Assembly (NCBI GenBank): GCA_963663235.2 | Contig: CAXXNO010000005.1 | Coordinates: forward strand, 32,001-96,000 | Origin: Dehalococcoidia bacterium | GTDB lineage: Bacteria > Chloroflexota > Dehalococcoidia > Bin125 | Length of the DNA stretch: 64,000 nt | Direction: 5' to 3' | Shown: in pieces, positions 60,671 to 64,000 of the stretch | Position numbering within the stretch: position 1 is the stretch's first letter | How the letters are laid out: each line of letters begins with the position of its first letter | Notes under the pieces: model-generated | What the model was told of the DNA's origin: nothing | The model's input: the letters and a program-made list of their open reading frames with translations, nothing else | Database searches by the model: none | Made by a program: the position numbers and the translations under genes

Positions 60671-62326
60671 ATGCGGATCGTAAAGCGCTTCGCTGGCCCG
60701 GCACTGATCGCGTCGGTGCTCGTAACGGCGGCCTGCGTCGCTGCTGCCGGCGATGACGTCAGGACGCCCGAACCGGCGCCCGATGCCACTAGCGCCGTAA
60801 CGGCTGGCGGCTCCTACGACGTCCATCACTACTCGATACCGACGGACGCAGCCGCTCTCTCGCTGTCTGACGGAACCGACTTGCCGGCGGTCGATGATCA
60901 ACACCCCGTCCCCTGGCCTGCGATGCTGGCGATCCGCGCTCCCGTTGAAAACATCGACCGTCCCGCAATTCACGATGTCCTCCCTGATGACGGAGGAATC
61001 CGGGAGGAGTCGCGCCGCCCGCAAGACCAGCCCGAGAACGCAAGATCACCGGTGCGCTCACCGATCAGCCGCCAGTTGCACTGCATCCCAATCATTGAGC
61101 AAGCGCCTCTCTGCATTTTAGTGAACCCTCCGACCCTCATCGTCACCAAGATCGTGCAAGGCGGGGAGCTGGGCGTGGCCGACTTTCCGCTCTTCATCGA
61201 CGGTATCCCCACCACCAGCGGCACGCCGGTTCTCGTGAGCCCCGGGAGCCACGTCGTGACAGAGCAGACCGCTCCCGGCTACCAGGCGAGCTTTTCGGGT
61301 CGTTGTGACGCGAACGGCAACGTCTTCATGGGGACGTATGGAACGGCCACTTGCGTGATCACGAACACCTTCCCGGGGACCATCGGCCCGGACACCACCG
61401 GCCCGGACACCACCGGCCCGGACGTGCTCCCGACCCCCAGTCTCGACGTGGAGCTTGAGACGAACGGCATGGATGCTGACTCAATGGAGGCGTCTGTGCC
61501 GGTCCACGTTGGCGGCACCCTGACCTGGACCTACACGGTGACGAACACCGGCAACGTCGGCCTCACCGGCGTCATCGTGACAGATGATAACGGCACGCCC
61601 GAGGACCCCAGTGATGACTTCGTGGTCGCCGCCGGTATCTCCCTGAGCGCAGGCGGATCGTCGAATGGCGCCGACGGCAACGAAGGGGGGACCGGTGGCG
61701 AAGACATCCCGCTCCGTTCGTCCCAACTAGGCCTCGGCGAGACGCAATCCTTTACGGTCGTTGGAATCGCGGAGGAGGGTCACTTCCTCAAGGCGGCGAC
61801 CGCCACATCGGAGCAAGGCGCCGGTGACTTGGATGCGAGCCACTACACGGGGGTCCTCGTTCCCATCATTCCGCCTCCCGCTGCGCTGCCGGACGCCGGG
61901 AGCGGCGGCCTCGCCGTCGACGTACCCGACCTCGGGGATGCCGACTACAGCTGGACCCTCGTCACCGCGACCGGCGTAACGGCGGCATTTCTCGTCATCG
62001 TGCTCGTCCGTCGCCGGTACGTGGTCACGCTCCAGCGCCGCGTGTTCAACGCGGCCGCCACCACAGCCGGGACCAGGACCAGAACCGCGGAGCAAGTCGT
62101 CCCCAGTTTGAACTTGAGCTCCCAGGCCGGCGCGTCTGTCCGGACGGATACCTCTCCCCCTGCTCTCCCGGACGCCGATGGTGGTGGCCACGCGCACGCT
62201 GCGCCGGCTGGCCGGCCTGTCGACCACCGCTGGGCGCTCTTCACCGCGACCGGTGTAGCGGCGGCACTCCTCGGCATCGCATTCTTCTCTCACTGGTACG
62301 GAAGCCGGCGCTGGCGCCGCCGGTAA
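60671..62326 (+). CDS. Surface protein with Ig/prealbumin-like and DUF11/DUF7507-like domains and two LPDA(G/D)-TM-basic tails
   Basis: Signal peptide; TLIVTK..GY.ASFSG.C..TCVITN; WTYTVTNTGNV.LT.V.VTDD; (GPDTT) repeat; LPDAGSGG. Confidence 0.75.
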   Translation: MRIVKRFAGPALIASVLVTAACVAAAGDDVRTPEPAPDATSAVTAGGSYDVHHYSIPTDAAALSLSDGTDLPAVDDQHPVPWPAMLAIRAPVENIDRPAIHDVLPDDGGIREESRRPQDQPENARSPVRSPISRQLHCIPIIEQAPLCILVNPPTLIVTKIVQGGELGVADFPLFIDGIPTTSGTPVLVSPGSHVVTEQTAPGYQASFSGRCDANGNVFMGTYGTATCVITNTFPGTIGPDTTGPDTTGPDVLPTPSLDVELETNGMDADSMEASVPVHVGGTLTWTYTVTNTGNVGLTGVIVTDDNGTPEDPSDDFVVAAGISLSAGGSSNGADGNEGGTGGEDIPLRSSQLGLGETQSFTVVGIAEEGHFLKAATATSEQGAGDLDASHYTGVLVPIIPPPAALPDAGSGGLAVDVPDLGDADYSWTLVTATGVTAAFLVIVLVRRRYVVTLQRRVFNAAATTAGTRTRTAEQVVPSLNLSSQAGASVRTDTSPPALPDADGGGHAHAAPAGRPVDHRWALFTATGVAAALLGIAFFSHWYGSRRWRRR

Positions 62327-62394
62327 CGGGGGGCCACCGACGGCGCGTTGACGAGACGCATCCCGACGACTAGGCTCTCGCGCCGAAGGAGGCT

Positions 62395-63873
62395 GTGTCG
62401 ATGCTGCTGACACTCCAGCGAGGTGTTGTCTGCGCCGCCCTGATCCTCGTCGCCTTCCTGCTGCTCCCGGCGGCGCCTGGGAGAGTCGCGCACGCCACTC
62501 CAGAAGTGAGCGCGCAAGGAGCCGCGGCCTCCGACAGCGTGCTGACCCTCGACGACGGCGGTCAGTTCGTCTTCTGGACTTTCGGTTCCTTCGACGCGGC
62601 CGGCGTTTTCGCCACCGTCAAGATCGCTTGGCTCTTTGACCCCGCCGCGGTCACCTGGATCGCCTTCATCCCCGCTCTCGGCACGGTCAACTTCCCCGTC
62701 GCGGACGGCGACGTGCTCTGGATCGTCTCCAGCGGCCGGCAGGACATTCCCCTTCCCTCCGGCGATACCGAGAACGGCGGCCCACCTCCGATAATGCTTC
62801 GCATCGTTCGCGTCGCCGACGGCTTCGAGCCGTCCCTGCCGGTGGTGTGGGGTCCGCACAGCTGGTCACCGGACAGCGAGTCGATCGCCGTCGTCTCGAA
62901 CTTCGAAGAAGTGAACGTCCTCGACATCGTGACCTTGGACGTGCGGCGGATCTTCGAGGGCGCGGTGCAGGAGGTCGCCTGGTCGCCGGACGGAGACCGC
63001 ATCGCCGTGGCGGGGCAGTCGGGCGTGGTCGTGCTCAGCGTGGGCGGTGTTGCCTCGCAACGGCTCACCTCCGGCCCGTCGTTCTTCCTCGCCTGGTCCC
63101 CCGACGGAACCATGCTGGCCTTCGAGAATCCGTCGACCGGACAGCTACAAGTCTGGGATGGGGCGGAGACACGGCCGTTCGATGGCTCCCTCCTCCGGTG
63201 GCTGGACGACGGCAGACTCGCGATCACGCTTGACGCAGCCGCCGAGCCTGGCGCTCCCGTCATCGACGACGCGGAGGAGTTCGCGGAGAACTACCCGGAC
63301 GGCGTTCCCCAGGTGCTCCTCCGGCTCATCGACCCCGCCGATGGCTCAGGGACAGAGGTGAGTTGGGTCGTGCCCGGGGAACGCGGATCCTTGACTGTCT
63401 CACCTGACGCACGCTTCCTCGCCTACGCGCTCCGCACCGAACCGCCACCAGCGAAGTTTTTTCCGGACACCTCTCTCTCCAGGCGAGTGCGCGTGCGCCG
63501 CCTAGACACCGGTGAACTCGTTGCAACATTCGAGAATGCACGGACTTTCGGCGGTGCCTTCCTCCCCGACGGCGAGCGGCTCCTGCTGAACTTGGACTTC
63601 TGCGGGACGGAGGACGCCATCGGCATCGGCGCTGTCGATGGCTCCCTGATCCGCGTCGCGGACGGCCTCCATCTCAGCACGGCCGTGTCGGCCGACGGGA
63701 CGCAGGTCGCCTTCACGGATCCTACGAACATCGTGGTCGCCCCCACCGATGCCGGCAGCCCCCAGCGTGTGGTCGCGAGCGATGTGCATGGCTCCGCGCC
63801 CATCACCTGGTCCCCCGATGGGACCTGGATCGCCTTCGCGCCCTTCTTTGGCGGGTTCGACGCCTGCCTTTAG
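62395..63873 (+). CDS. Secreted TolB/PD40-like beta-propeller protein
   Basis: Signal peptide; several WSPDG..IA repeats; AAGGAGG RBS. Confidence 0.85.
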   Translation: MSMLLTLQRGVVCAALILVAFLLLPAAPGRVAHATPEVSAQGAAASDSVLTLDDGGQFVFWTFGSFDAAGVFATVKIAWLFDPAAVTWIAFIPALGTVNFPVADGDVLWIVSSGRQDIPLPSGDTENGGPPPIMLRIVRVADGFEPSLPVVWGPHSWSPDSESIAVVSNFEEVNVLDIVTLDVRRIFEGAVQEVAWSPDGDRIAVAGQSGVVVLSVGGVASQRLTSGPSFFLAWSPDGTMLAFENPSTGQLQVWDGAETRPFDGSLLRWLDDGRLAITLDAAAEPGAPVIDDAEEFAENYPDGVPQVLLRLIDPADGSGTEVSWVVPGERGSLTVSPDARFLAYALRTEPPPAKFFPDTSLSRRVRVRRLDTGELVATFENARTFGGAFLPDGERLLLNLDFCGTEDAIGIGAVDGSLIRVADGLHLSTAVSADGTQVAFTDPTNIVVAPTDAGSPQRVVASDVHGSAPITWSPDGTWIAFAPFFGGFDACL

Positions 63874-63994
63874 GCGCCTGCCCTTCGCGCTGCTGCCGGA
63901 GGAGGACATGAGTCCGCTGGTCCACGCCGCCGCGATAGCGGACTTCGTCAATCCGTTCGCCAACCTACCGGCTGGAACCCGGATCGGCTTCATC
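63874..63994 (+). repeat. Direct repeat, copy 2 (internal thioesterase gene fragment)
   Basis: Begins immediately after the TAG of the propeller gene; encodes RLPFALLPEEDMSPLVHAAAIADFVNPFANLPAGTRIGFI. Confidence 0.92.
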
Positions 63995-64000
63995 TATTCA

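Noticed and set aside
61385-61423. 15-bp repeat ggcccggacaccacc as a regulatory repeat
   Set aside because: It encodes a GPDTT linker inside the surface protein

Overview
GC-rich bacterial chromosomal segment. The gene content (five luciferase-like monooxygenases, three SnoaL/NTF2 proteins, five hydantoinase-B/oxoprolinase paralogs, SDRs, a CoA-transferase, LPxxG-tailed surface proteins) suggests Chloroflexota/Dehalococcoidia; that placement is inference. Housekeeping genes include an RhlE-like DEAD-box helicase, pyruvate kinase, alanine racemase and an RRM protein. The ORF track misses three probable selenoprotein genes, each with an in-frame TGA in a redox motif followed by a hairpin: a Prx-like UxxC protein, a Rdx CxxU protein and a UGSC protein. 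The Rdx and UGSC genes form an operon with a conserved unknown partner. The Sec region of the UGSC protein resembles PrdB/GrdB reductase selenoprotein B, making this the best candidate for an undescribed system. Other highlights are a protein with ten 19-aa Trp/Arg amphipathic repeats, a benzoyl-CoA (box) cluster carrying several lesions, hydantoinase-B genes with no A subunit, a 121-bp duplicated piece of a thioesterase gene bracketing two surface-protein genes, candidate structured RNA leaders, and several pseudogene relics. I saw no rRNA, tRNA, CRISPR array, integrase or transposase. All family calls come from motif recognition, not database searches.
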